Shown in pieces: positions 35,827 to 36,141 of a stretch of 36,141 bases of DNA. Position numbers and translations under genes: made by a program. This DNA comes from a virus (Duplodnaviria > Caudoviricetes), in the IMG/VR virus record IMGVR_UViG_3300026907_000063, positions 1 to 36,141 of that record. One strand, given 5' to 3'. The notes below the pieces were generated by a model that was not told the DNA's origin, did no database searches, and saw nothing but the letters and a program-made list of their open reading frames with translations. Numbering within the stretch: position 1 is the stretch's first letter; every line of letters begins with the position of its first letter.

Positions 35827-36141
35827 TTATGCAATCTCGCGATGAGACTCTATCTGATTCACGCGATCGTTGATAACGAAGCGGATGATGGATTTCAGGT
35901 CATCGGAACAGTTCTTAAATGAAAGCTGGGAGAGAACTGCCCGTCCGTGCTTAAGAACCAAAGCACCTACAAGCTCGTCAACAAATGACTGTGTTGCGTC
36001 TTTGTTGGAAAAATCGATAGAAACCTTATGCCCTGATGCGATCTCTTGTTCGATTTCGAGTCTAAACGGGATAGCGGTTTTTCTCATACCCAGTGTGCGA
36101 ATGGTCTCTGACCCTGTCGCCAAAGTGATTTGAGTATTCAT
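35827..36141 (-). CDS. STAS-like domain protein (DUF4325-like)
   Basis: KVSIDFSNKDATQSFVDELVGALV..G..LSFKN; AT-rich, opposite to the late operon. Confidence 0.8.
   Translation of the reverse strand: MNTQITLATGSETIRTLGMRKTAIPFRLEIEQEIASGHKVSIDFSNKDATQSFVDELVGALVLKHGRAVLSQLSFKNCSDDLKSIIRFVINDRVNQIESHREIA

Larger units (their letters stand above)
1..36141. mobile_element. Temperate prophage: epsilon15/BPP-1-like podovirus virion module with P4/island-type integrase; boundaries lie outside the window
   Basis: Ordered modules int - accessory - regulation - replication - Q - holin - terminase - portal - capsid - tail tubes - ejection proteins - tailspike - endolysin - spanins; no tape-measure or sheath gene. 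Confidence 0.95.

Noticed and set aside
32107..36141. Diversity-generating retroelement, suggested by the BPP-1-like head genes
   Set aside because: No reverse transcriptase, Avd or TR/VR repeat pair visible; the receptor protein is a beta-helix tailspike
1..36141. CRISPR array, tRNA genes, IS elements and att repeats
   Set aside because: No repeat-spacer pattern, cloverleaf, transposase or terminal direct repeat recognised; att sites are probably outside the window

Overview
The window is one near-complete temperate prophage from a high-GC host, probably Pseudomonas-like. It combines a P4/island-type tyrosine integrase, an AlpA/Arc/Xre control region, a DUF1376-initiator/DnaC-like loader/DnaB replication module, antiterminator Q and a holin. 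These are followed by an epsilon15/BPP-1-like podovirus virion operon: terminases, portal, scaffold, capsid, cement, tail tubes, GNAT-like protein, four ejection proteins and a beta-helix tailspike. A lambda-R-like endolysin and spanins close the operon. Counter-oriented accessory genes sit at both ends. Left: an AT-richer ABC-ATPase/TOPRIM (OLD-like) fusion paired with a D12-class adenine methyltransferase, which is the best candidate for an uncharacterised anti-phage system, plus a lipoprotein/membrane protein/secreted nuclease trio. Right: a STAS-like (DUF4325) gene whose operon continues outside the window. Other notable signals: a repressor with HTH plus ribbon-helix-helix but no autocleavage domain facing an unannotated Arc gene, a candidate SOS box and twin palindromes, a protein with three SPOR-like repeats, an ~11-bp phased iteron array, and single cysteines meeting at the junction of two ejection proteins. 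att sites are not visible. All family calls come from motif recognition, not database searches.
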